Part shown: piece by piece, positions 19,491 through 28,123 of the stretch
How the letters are laid out: the number at the start of each line of letters is the position of its first letter
How positions within the stretch are numbered: position 1 is the first letter of the stretch
NCBI GenBank assembly: GCA_963734535.1
Contig: CAVTHS010000003.1
Coordinates: forward strand, 320,001-384,000
From: an uncultured Chloroflexia bacterium
Lineage (GTDB): Bacteria > Chloroflexota > Limnocylindria > Limnocylindrales > CSP1-4
Direction of reading: 5' to 3'
Length of the DNA stretch: 64,000 bases
The notes under the pieces: model-generated
Told to the model about the DNA's origin: nothing
Database searches by the model: none
Seen by the model: the letters and a program-made list of their open reading frames with translations, nothing else
Program-made: the position numbers and the translations under genes

Positions 19491-20183
19491 ATAAGCCGAG
19501 AGCTGCGTGTCAACCAGATGATCCGGATCAGCCAGGTGCGGGTCATCGACGAAGAGGGGACTCAGCTCGGCGTCATGGCGACGGGCGATGCTCTTCGACT
19601 GGCACAGGAGCGCGGCTACGACCTCGTCGAGGTTGCGCCGACCGCGTCGCCTCCCGTGACGCGTCTTCTCGACTACGGCCAGTACAAGTACGAGCTGGCC
19701 AAGCGCGAGAAGGAAGCCAAGCGGAAGTCCCGGTCGGTCGAGTTCAAGGAGGTCCGCCTCAAGCCGAAGATCGGCGTGGGCGACTTCGACACGAAGGTCC
19801 GACGGGCAATCGAGTTCCTGGAGGATGGCGATCGGATCAAGGTGGCCGTCCAGTTCCGCGGTCGAGAGCTGACCCACCCGCACCTTGGGCGGGAGCTGCT
19901 CGCGAAGTTCGCGGACCAGATCAAGGACCATGGCGTCCTCGAGCGAGCGCCGCTCCTCGAGGGAAAGTCGATGCATATCACGATCGCGTCGACCCACAAG
20001 CCGAAGCCGCGCGAGGCGACCGGCGGGGCAACCGCCCCGGACGACGCACCGCAGCCGGCGGAGACGGAGGGTGCTGCACCAGCGGCACCTGAGGGTGTCG
20101 CACCGGCGGCACCCGAGGGTGTCGCACCGGCGGCCGCGGTCGACGCAGCGGGCACCATGCCCGCCGCACCAGCGGGAGAGTGA
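19491..20183 (+). CDS. infC: Translation initiation factor IF-3, probable AUA start
   Basis: ISRELRVNQMIR...DLVEVAP...DYGQYKY; GAAGGGG SD before ATA 19491; Ala/Pro-rich repeated tail. Confidence 0.92.
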   Translation: MSRELRVNQMIRISQVRVIDEEGTQLGVMATGDALRLAQERGYDLVEVAPTASPPVTRLLDYGQYKYELAKREKEAKRKSRSVEFKEVRLKPKIGVGDFDTKVRRAIEFLEDGDRIKVAVQFRGRELTHPHLGRELLAKFADQIKDHGVLERAPLLEGKSMHITIASTHKPKPREATGGATAPDDAPQPAETEGAAPAAPEGVAPAAPEGVAPAAAVDAAGTMPAAPAGE

Positions 20184-20190
20184 GTCGGGC

Positions 20191-20397
20191 GTGCCGAAGC
20201 TGAAGACCCATAAGGGAGCCCAGAAGCGGATCGGGGTGACCGGGAGCGGGAAGCCGATCCGTGTCAAGTCGTGGCGCGGCCACCACCTGGAGCTGAAGTC
20301 GTCGCGGCGAACCCGCCGCTACGACGGCAAGGCTGTGCTCGGCAGCGAGCATGCGCGCCAGATCCAGCACCTCCTCCCGTACCTCAAGAAGGGCTGA
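20191..20397 (+). CDS. rpmI: 50S ribosomal protein L35
   Basis: PKLKTHKGAQKRIGVTGSGK; position between infC and rplT. Confidence 0.95.
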   Translation: MPKLKTHKGAQKRIGVTGSGKPIRVKSWRGHHLELKSSRRTRRYDGKAVLGSEHARQIQHLLPYLKKG

Positions 20398-20400
20398 CCC

Positions 20401-20751
20401 ATGGCTCGCGTCAAGCGGGGCGTCACCGCCCACAAGCGCCACAAGCGGCTCCTGAACGCGTCCGAGGGCCGCAAGGGGACGCGCTCGAGGCTGATCAAGC
20501 CGGCCCACGAAGCGCTCCTCCACGCCCTCGCCTACGCGACCCGCGACCGCAAGGTCCGCAAGCGCGACTTCCGCCAGCTCTGGATCATCCGGATCAACGC
20601 CGCGGCCCGGATGCACGGCATCACGTACAGCGCCTTCATCCAGGGCCTCAAGAAGGCCGAGATCGAGATCGATCGCAAGATCCTTGCCGACATCGCCGTC
20701 CGCGACGACGGCACGTTCGGCCGGATCGTCGAGGTTGCCCGGGGCGCCTGA
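20401..20751 (+). CDS. rplT: 50S ribosomal protein L20
   Basis: MARVKRG...[16 protein letters not shown]. Confidence 0.97.
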   Translation: MARVKRGVTAHKRHKRLLNASEGRKGTRSRLIKPAHEALLHALAYATRDRKVRKRDFRQLWIIRINAAARMHGITYSAFIQGLKKAEIEIDRKILADIAVRDDGTFGRIVEVARGA

Positions 20752-20757
20752 CGGGAC

Positions 20758-21801
20758 GTGGACCTTGCCACGCTGACCAGCCAGCTCCACGCGCTCGGCG
20801 AGGAGGCGCTCCCGAAGATCGCCGCGGCGCCGGACGTCGCGACGCTCGACGATCTTGATATCGCCTACCTCGGCCGCAAGGGCGGCGCGCTCTCGAGCCT
20901 CATGCGCGGCATCGGACAGCTGCCCGCCGACGATCGGCCGCGCGTCGGCGTGGTGGTCAACGAGGTTCGCCAGGCCGTCGAGACGGCGCTCGAGGAGGCA
21001 CGCCGGCGAACCGCCGACGCGGCCCTGACCGCGCGCCTGGTGGCCGAAACGGTCGACGTCACAACGCCCGGGCGGCCGCTCGCGCGCGGGAGCCTCCACC
21101 CGATCGTGGAGACCATCGGGCGGATCGCGGAGATCTTCGGCCAGTTCGGGTTCGTGACCTACGAAGGGCCGGAAGTCGAGAGCGACGCGACGAACTTCCA
21201 GATGCTCAACATCCCGCCGGATCACCCCGCCAGGGACCTCTGGGACACGATGTACGTCGACATCGAGGGCGGGCTCCTCCGCACGCACACATCGCCGGGC
21301 CAGATCCGGGTGATGCACACCGAGAGCCCGCCGATCCGCGCGCTCCTGCCGGGCCGCTGCTTCCGCTACGAGGCGGTCGACGCGTCGCACGCCTCCGAGT
21401 TCTTCCAGGTCGAAGGGCTCATGGTGGACGAGGGGACGAACCTCGGCGACCTTCGCGGGCTCCTCGACGAGTTCGCCCACGCGATGTTCGGCGCGGGGCG
21501 CGCCACGCGGTTCCGCCCGGGCTACTACCCGTTCACCGAGCCGTCGGTGGCGTTCGACGTGGGGTGCCTCGTGTGCGGCGGCATCGGTTGCCCGGCCTGC
21601 GGGCGGACCGGCTGGATGACGATCCTCGGGGCCGGCATGGTCCACCCGGTCGTGCTGCGGCACGGCGGCATCGATCCGGAACGCTACCAGGGGTTCGCGT
21701 TCGGGATGGGCGTGGAGCGGATCGCGATGCTCCGCCACGGGATCGGCGATATCCGGGTCTTCCTCGACAACGACCTCCGCCTCATGGAGCAGTTCCGGTG
21801 A
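20758..21801 (+). CDS. pheS: Phenylalanyl-tRNA synthetase alpha subunit
   Basis: HPARD, LRTHTS, YPFTEPS, GFAFGMGVER. Confidence 0.97.
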   Translation: MDLATLTSQLHALGEEALPKIAAAPDVATLDDLDIAYLGRKGGALSSLMRGIGQLPADDRPRVGVVVNEVRQAVETALEEARRRTADAALTARLVAETVDVTTPGRPLARGSLHPIVETIGRIAEIFGQFGFVTYEGPEVESDATNFQMLNIPPDHPARDLWDTMYVDIEGGLLRTHTSPGQIRVMHTESPPIRALLPGRCFRYEAVDASHASEFFQVEGLMVDEGTNLGDLRGLLDEFAHAMFGAGRATRFRPGYYPFTEPSVAFDVGCLVCGGIGCPACGRTGWMTILGAGMVHPVVLRHGGIDPERYQGFAFGMGVERIAMLRHGIGDIRVFLDNDLRLMEQFR

Positions 21802-24302
21802 GGGTGCCGCTCGAGTGGCTGCGCGACTACGTGGACCTCGACCTGGACCCGGAGGCGCTGGCCGAGCGCCTGACGCTCCTGGGGTTCGAGGTCAGGAGCC
21901 TCGAGCGATGGGGGTCCGAGTGGCGCAACGTGGTCGTGGGCGAGCTGCTGACGGTCGAGAAGCATCCGCGCGCGGACCGCCTCTCCCTGGCGACCGTTCG
22001 CGTGGGGGCGGGAGAGCCGCTCCAGATCGTCTGCGGCGCGACCAACATCGCACCGGGCCAGCGAGTGCCCGTCGCGTTGCCGGGCGCCCTCCTTCCCGGC
22101 AACCGCGCAATCGAGCGCACCGAGAAGATGGGCGTGGTCAGCAACGGGATGCTCTGCTCCGGCGACGAGCTCCGCCTGAGCGTCGACGGCGAGGGGATCC
22201 TGATCCTTCCGGCAGGGACGCCGCTCGGGGCCGCCCTCACGGACCTCTACGGCGACTGGGTCCTGGACGTGGATGTGAAGCCCAACCGCGGCGACGCCCT
22301 CTGTCTCGTCGGCCTGGCGCGCGAGGTGGCCGCCGCGACCGGGGTGCCGGCGCGCTTCCCGCAGGTCACTCTGACCGAGGACGGTGCGCCGATCGACGAG
22401 CTCCTCGCGGTGCACGTCGAGGACCCGGGGCTCTGTCCCCGGTTCGTCGGCCGCGTGGTTCGGGGCGTCGGCGTGGCCCCCTCGCCCCAGGACGTCCAAC
22501 GGCGCCTCCTCGCCGCCGGGATGCGGCCCGTCAGCAACGTCGTGGACGCCACGAACTACGCGATGCTCGAGCTGGGCAAGCCGACCCACGCCTTCGACGC
22601 CGCCGCGGTCGCGCGGGACGCCTCGGGGCGGGCCGGGCTGGTGGTCCGGACGGCCGCCGCGGGCGAACGCCTCGAGACGCTCGATCACGTCGAGCGTTCG
22701 CTGTCCGGGGAGACGCTCCTCATCGCCGATGCGAACGGACCGCTCGCGATCGCCGGGGTCATGGGCGGAGCCGCGTCCGAGGTGGCGGAGTCGACGGCAG
22801 AGGTGATCATCGAGTCCGCGGTCTTCGACCCCGTGAGCATCAGGCGAACCGCGTTTCGGTATGCGCTTCGATCGGAGGCCAGCCTCCGCTTCGAGAAGGG
22901 CCAGGAGTCCCGGCTGGCCAGGATCGGCGCGGACCGCGTCGCCGGCCTCATCGCCACCTGGGCCGGCGGGAGCGTGGTCGCGGGCCGGATCGACACGGCG
23001 CCCGATGAGCCGGCCCCCGCGCGGGTCGGGTATCGGCCGGCGCGCGTCAATCGACTCCTCGGCACGAGCCTCGATCCTGCTGCACAGGCTGCGCTCCTCG
23101 CGCGGGTCGGCATCGAGAGCGACCCGGCGGCCGCCGGGTCGAACATCCTGATCGCGGCGGACCCGACCCCGCACGACGTGCTTGTCGGGCCCGGCGAGGC
23201 ACGAGACGCCATCGTGCCGTCATGGCGGCGCGACCTGGTCGTCGAGGCGGACATCGCGGAGGAGATCGTGCGCCTTGCCGGCTACGAGACCGTGACCGGG
23301 AAGACCCCTGACACGTCGATGCCCCACGTGCGACCGAACCCGCTGGAGCTCCGCGACGGGCTGCGACGCGCCCTCGCCGCGGCGGGCCTGGTGGAGGTCG
23401 TCACGCCGGCCCTGGTGCCGGCGTCGCAGACAGCGGCGCTCGGGTGGCCCGTCCGGGCGGCGGACGGCGTGCCCGGCGAGCGGGCGGTTGATGGCCCCGT
23501 CATCACCGTCACGAACCCGCTCTCGGAGCGACATTCCGTGCTGCGGCGGGGCGTCGTGGGAAGCCTCCTCGACGTCCTTGCCTTCAACGAGCGGCACGGC
23601 CGAGCGGACGTCGCGATCTTCGAGATCGGGAAGGGCTACGCGAAGGCGCCGGACGGCAGCCCGGCCGAGTGGTGGCGCCTCGCGTTCCTCCTTGCCGGCA
23701 CCGCGGGCCCCCCGGCATGGAACCGCCCCGCACGCCCGTTCGACCTCGACGACGCGAAAGGGATCGTGGAGCTGGTCGGCCGCGTCCTTGGTTTCCCCGA
23801 GCCGCTGTTCACGCTCCACGCCGACGGCGCGCCGCTGCATCCGGGCCGCGCGGCGCTCGCGACAGCCGGCGAAGGGTGCGCCGGGCTCGTCGGCGAGCTC
23901 CACCCGTCGGTCGGAGCCGCGTGGGACCTCCGAGCCGAGCGTGTGCTCGTCGCGGAGCTCGCGATCGCCGGGCTGGCAGGCGGCCAGCTGGCCCCGGTCA
24001 GGATCGTGCCCGTGGGGCGCTTCCCACCGCACGAGCGGGACATCGCGCTCGTCGTGCCGGAGTCCCTCGCCGCCGCGGAGGTGCGCGCGACGCTCCGCGC
24101 CGCCGGGGGCGCCACGCTTCGGCGGATCGGGCTCTTCGACATCTACCGCGGGACGCCGCTTGCGGCGGGGGAGAAGAGCCTCGCCTGGCGGGTCGTCTTC
24201 GCCGCCGAGGATCGGGCGCTCGCGGACGATGAGGTCGACGCCGAGGTCGGCCGGCTCGTCGCGGCGGCCGCGTCCGCGCACGGAGCCCGGCTTCGAACCT
24301 AG
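21798..24302 (+). CDS. pheT: Phenylalanyl-tRNA synthetase beta subunit
   Basis: VPLEWLRDY, IVCGATN, PNRGD, RFEKG; GTG overlaps pheS stop. Confidence 0.95.
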   Translation: MRVPLEWLRDYVDLDLDPEALAERLTLLGFEVRSLERWGSEWRNVVVGELLTVEKHPRADRLSLATVRVGAGEPLQIVCGATNIAPGQRVPVALPGALLPGNRAIERTEKMGVVSNGMLCSGDELRLSVDGEGILILPAGTPLGAALTDLYGDWVLDVDVKPNRGDALCLVGLAREVAAATGVPARFPQVTLTEDGAPIDELLAVHVEDPGLCPRFVGRVVRGVGVAPSPQDVQRRLLAAGMRPVSNVVDATNYAMLELGKPTHAFDAAAVARDASGRAGLVVRTAAAGERLETLDHVERSLSGETLLIADANGPLAIAGVMGGAASEVAESTAEVIIESAVFDPVSIRRTAFRYALRSEASLRFEKGQESRLARIGADRVAGLIATWAGGSVVAGRIDTAPDEPAPARVGYRPARVNRLLGTSLDPAAQAALLARVGIESDPAAAGSNILIAADPTPHDVLVGPGEARDAIVPSWRRDLVVEADIAEEIVRLAGYETVTGKTPDTSMPHVRPNPLELRDGLRRALAAAGLVEVVTPALVPASQTAALGWPVRAADGVPGERAVDGPVITVTNPLSERHSVLRRGVVGSLLDVLAFNERHGRADVAIFEIGKGYAKAPDGSPAEWWRLAFLLAGTAGPPAWNRPARPFDLDDAKGIVELVGRVLGFPEPLFTLHADGAPLHPGRAALATAGEGCAGLVGELHPSVGAAWDLRAERVLVAELAIAGLAGGQLAPVRIVPVGRFPPHERDIALVVPESLAAAEVRATLRAAGGATLRRIGLFDIYRGTPLAAGEKSLAWRVVFAAEDRALADDEVDAEVGRLVAAAASAHGARLRT

Positions 24303-24449
24303 CTCGCCGAGCACGACCCGCGCGAGTCGCCGCAAGTCCGGGTTACATGCGCCCCGACCGCCGACGTATTCTTGCGTGCGGTCCACCCAGCGCGCGCTCG
24401 GGAGGGCCGGAGTCGGCGCCGCACGCGCGCCGCGACACCGGGAGAATGC

Positions 24450-25031
24450 GTGGACATCGTCGGCGCGATCCGGAGCCTGGACCTCTTCGACCTGCTGTTC
24501 GTCTTCTTCGTGTGCGGGTTCTTCCTCGCCGGCTTCGTGCAGGGGACCCTGCGCCGCCTTATCGGCCTGGCGATCCTCCTGGTCTCCATCCTCTTCGCCC
24601 TCAACCTGCGGGACCCGCTCGGGTCCTGGCTGGGCCAGTACTGGACGCAGTTCCCGAAGGAATACTCGACGATGCTCGCCTTCGGGATCAGCTTCGTCGT
24701 GATCTACCTTGGCGCGTCCATCGCGGCGCAGGTGTTCTACAGGCGGACCCAGCTGTTCAGGCGGTCCACCCTGGTGGACGAGCTCATCGGGGGAGCCCTG
24801 GGCGTGCTCCAGGCCATCCTGCTGGTCGGTGCCATGATCATGATCCTGGACTCCTTCTTCCGGGTCCCGGGGATCGCGCCGAGCCCGAACGAGCTGGGGT
24901 TCCTGCGCGACATCTTCCGGTTCTACGATCTGTCGCAGGCGGCCATCCTCTTCCGCGACGTGCTGATCCCGGCGTTCCTGACGCTCTTCGCCTGGATCAC
25001 GCCGGCCAGCCTGCGAGCCTTCTTCGCCTGA
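24450..25031 (+). CDS. CvpA family membrane protein
   Basis: GFVQG, DELIGGALG motifs; pheT-cvpA-mutS2 context. Confidence 0.8.
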   Translation: MDIVGAIRSLDLFDLLFVFFVCGFFLAGFVQGTLRRLIGLAILLVSILFALNLRDPLGSWLGQYWTQFPKEYSTMLAFGISFVVIYLGASIAAQVFYRRTQLFRRSTLVDELIGGALGVLQAILLVGAMIMILDSFFRVPGIAPSPNELGFLRDIFRFYDLSQAAILFRDVLIPAFLTLFAWITPASLRAFFA

Positions 25032-25054
25032 CGAGCGGCACGCGTTCGAGGTCC

Positions 25055-25744
25055 GTGGGAACGAGGGACGACGCGTCGGCCGACCTCCCGCGGCTGCTCG
25101 CCGGTTCCGTGCTGGACGCCGCCCGCGGGCTGCTGGGCGCCCGCCTGGTCCGCGACGGCGGGGTCGACGCGCGAGTCGCCCGCATCGTCGAGGTGGAGGC
25201 ATACGGCGGCCCGGATGACCTGGCCTCCCATGCCCGCTTCGGGCCGACGGCGCGCAACGGCTCGATGTTCGGCCCGCCCGGGAAGGCGTACGTGTACGGT
25301 GTCTACGGCATGCACACCTGTCTCAACGTCGTCTGCGGACCCGCGGGCACGGCATGGGCGGTCCTCGTCCGGGCAGTCGAGCCGCTTGCGGGCGTTGCCG
25401 CGATGCGGGAGGCGCGACACGTGAAGGCGCTGGCGACCCGGCGGGCAGAGCGCGACGCCCCGGGCCGCGCGGCCGCCCGGATCGCGGCGATCCCCGTGAT
25501 GCGCCTCGCGAGCGGACCCGGCAACGTCGGCGCGGCCTTCTCGATCGTGCCCGCCGACGACGGCTGCGACCTGCTCGACCCGGCGGGCCGGCTCCGGCTG
25601 GAGGCGCGGCCCAGCACGGACCCGTTCCCGGCGCCGGCTTCCGGGCCACGGGTCGGGGTGGGCTTCGCGGGCGCGTGGGCCGAGCGGCCGTGGCGGTTCT
25701 GGGTCGCGGACAGCCCTGCGGTGTCGGGACGGCGGGGACGCTGA
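25055..25744 (+). CDS. mpg: DNA-3-methyladenine glycosylase (MPG/AAG)
   Basis: RIVEVEAY, ASHA, AYVYGVYGMHTCLN, GPRVG, PWRF. Confidence 0.9.
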   Translation: MGTRDDASADLPRLLAGSVLDAARGLLGARLVRDGGVDARVARIVEVEAYGGPDDLASHARFGPTARNGSMFGPPGKAYVYGVYGMHTCLNVVCGPAGTAWAVLVRAVEPLAGVAAMREARHVKALATRRAERDAPGRAAARIAAIPVMRLASGPGNVGAAFSIVPADDGCDLLDPAGRLRLEARPSTDPFPAPASGPRVGVGFAGAWAERPWRFWVADSPAVSGRRGR

Positions 25745-28107
25745 TGGACGCCAAGTCGATCGCCCTCCTCGAGTTCCCGCTCATCCGCGAACGCCTCGCG
25801 GCCGCGGCCGGGTTCGGGCCGGGCCGGAGGCTCGCGGCGGCGATCGCTCCGTCCGCGGACCCCGTGCTCGTCGAGATCGGCCTCGACGAGACGTCGCAGA
25901 CGCGCGAGCTCCTCGCCGAGAAGCCCCAGGCGGGAATCGGCGGCGCCGCGGACATCGGACCGGCCGTGGAACGCGCCGCCCGGGGCGGCCGCCTCGACGC
26001 CGCCCAGTTCGCCTCGATCGCCACGACGCTCGAGGCGGGCTCGCGGCTCCGCGACGCGCTCGCCGGCGACCGGCGGCCCCTCCTCGGCGCGCTCGCCCGC
26101 GATCTCCACGGGCTGCCCGCCCTGCGCTCGACGCTGGAGCGCAGCTTCGACCCGGTCGGCGAGCTTCTCGACACGGCGTCGGCGCGGCTCGGCGGCCTGC
26201 GCAGGGCCACCCGGCATGCCTACGAGCGCCTCCGGAGCCGCCTCGAGCAGCTGGTCCACTCGACGGATGTCGGGGCGGCTCTCCAGGACCCCATCATCAC
26301 CCTCCGGAACGGCAGGTACGTGGTGCCGGTCCGGGCCGACTCGCGAAGCCGCGTCAAGGGAATCGTCCACGACGCGTCGGGGAGCGGCCAGACCCTGTTC
26401 GTGGAGCCGCTCGTGGCCGTCGAGCTGGGGAATGCATGGCGGGAGGCACAGGTCGCGGAGCAGCAGGAGATCGAGCGGATCCTCGACGAGCTCTCGGCGC
26501 TCGTCGGCAGCCAGGCGGGGCCGCTCCTGGAGCTGCTCGGCGCGCTCGCCCGGTTCGACCTGTGGAGCGCCAAGGCGCGCCTCGCCGAGGAGATGGACGC
26601 GACCCGTGCCGAGCTGGGAACGCGCACGGAGATCATCCTCAAGGGCGCCCGCCATCCCGGGCTGACCGGACGCGTCGTCCCCATCGACGTGGAGCTCGGC
26701 ACCGACTTCCAGGCGCTCCTCGTCACGGGCCCCAACACGGGCGGCAAGACCGTGACGCTCCGGACGCTCGGCCTGCTCGCGCTCATGCACCAGGCCGGCC
26801 TGCACGTCCCCGCCGATCCCGGGAGCCGCCTGCCGGTCCTGCGCGACGTGTTCGCCGACATCGGCGACGAGCAGTCCGTCGCCCAGTCGCTCTCGACCTT
26901 CTCGGGGCACCTCCGCTCGATCGTCCGGATCTCGGAGGAAGCCGGTCCGGGCACGCTCGTGCTGCTCGACGAGCTGGGTGCCGGGACCGACCCGACCGAG
27001 GGTTCGGCGCTGGCGCAGGCGCTCCTGGACCACTTCCTGCGGGCGGGCGCGCTCGTGGCGGCCACGACCCACTACGCCGAGCTGAAGGTCTACGCGCACA
27101 CGACGCCGAAGGTCCGGAACGCGTCGGTCGAGTTCGACCTGCAGACGCTGAGCCCCACGTACCGGCTCCGGATCGGCCTGCCGGGCGGCAGCCAGGCGTT
27201 CGCGATCGCCGAGCGGCTCGGTCTCGCGTTGTCGATCGTCGACGAGGCGCGCGGGCGGCTGACCGAGGGCCAGAAGGCATTCGAGGAGACCCTCGCATCC
27301 ATCCGGGAGGCCGACACGGCCGCCCAGACGGCGCTCGACCGGGCCCGGGCCGCGGAGATCAGGGCCACCGAGGCGCAGCGGACCGCGGACGAGGAGCGCC
27401 GGCGCGCCCGCAAGGATCGCGATGCGGCGGTGGCATCCGCGCGGGCTGACGCGGAGCGGATGGTCGACGACCTCCGGTCGGAGATCCGCGGCGCCCGGCG
27501 CCGCCTGGAACGCGAGACGGTCACGGCACCCGCGCTCGACGAGGTCATGGAACGGGCCGAGGCGCACCTTGCGCGACTCCCCGAATCGACGCCCGCGCCC
27601 GTCGCTCCCGAGCCCGGCGAGCCCGTCGATTGGCGCGTCGGCGCCCGCGCACGGAGCCTCAGCCGCGGCTGGGAAGGGCGGATCGCTGCCCTGGAGCGGG
27701 GTGGCCGCCGGGCGACGCTCGAGGTCGGGGGCATGCGCGTCACGGTCGGCGTCGAGGATCTCGTGCCGGCCCTCGTCGACGCCGCTTCCGGCGGCCCGGG
27801 TCGACGGGAGCAGGCCGAGGAGGCCGCGTCGGGGATCACGGCCCTGCGACTGGACCGCGCCCGCTCCATCGCGTCATCGCTGGACGTCCGCGGCGCACGG
27901 GTGGACGAGGCGCTCGAGGTGGTGGGGCGCTACCTCGAGGACGGCGCCCTGGCTGGGCTGTCGAAAGCCACGATCATCCACGGGCATGGGACCGGAGCGC
28001 TCCGTGACGCGGTCCGTTCGATGGCCGCGGCACACCCGCTGGTCAGGTCCGCCCGGCCGGGCGAGCGCGGGGAGGGCGGCGACGGGGCGACCGTCGTCAC
28101 GTTCTAG
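25744..28107 (+). CDS. mutS2: MutS2 with C-terminal Smr domain
   Basis: TGPNTGGKT, DIGDEQS, LDELGAGTDP, IIHGHGTG. Confidence 0.95.
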   Translation: MDAKSIALLEFPLIRERLAAAAGFGPGRRLAAAIAPSADPVLVEIGLDETSQTRELLAEKPQAGIGGAADIGPAVERAARGGRLDAAQFASIATTLEAGSRLRDALAGDRRPLLGALARDLHGLPALRSTLERSFDPVGELLDTASARLGGLRRATRHAYERLRSRLEQLVHSTDVGAALQDPIITLRNGRYVVPVRADSRSRVKGIVHDASGSGQTLFVEPLVAVELGNAWREAQVAEQQEIERILDELSALVGSQAGPLLELLGALARFDLWSAKARLAEEMDATRAELGTRTEIILKGARHPGLTGRVVPIDVELGTDFQALLVTGPNTGGKTVTLRTLGLLALMHQAGLHVPADPGSRLPVLRDVFADIGDEQSVAQSLSTFSGHLRSIVRISEEAGPGTLVLLDELGAGTDPTEGSALAQALLDHFLRAGALVAATTHYAELKVYAHTTPKVRNASVEFDLQTLSPTYRLRIGLPGGSQAFAIAERLGLALSIVDEARGRLTEGQKAFEETLASIREADTAAQTALDRARAAEIRATEAQRTADEERRRARKDRDAAVASARADAERMVDDLRSEIRGARRRLERETVTAPALDEVMERAEAHLARLPESTPAPVAPEPGEPVDWRVGARARSLSRGWEGRIAALERGGRRATLEVGGMRVTVGVEDLVPALVDAASGGPGRREQAEEAASGITALRLDRARSIASSLDVRGARVDEALEVVGRYLEDGALAGLSKATIIHGHGTGALRDAVRSMAAAHPLVRSARPGERGEGGDGATVVTF

Positions 28108-28123
28108 GATCCGTGAGCGCGCC

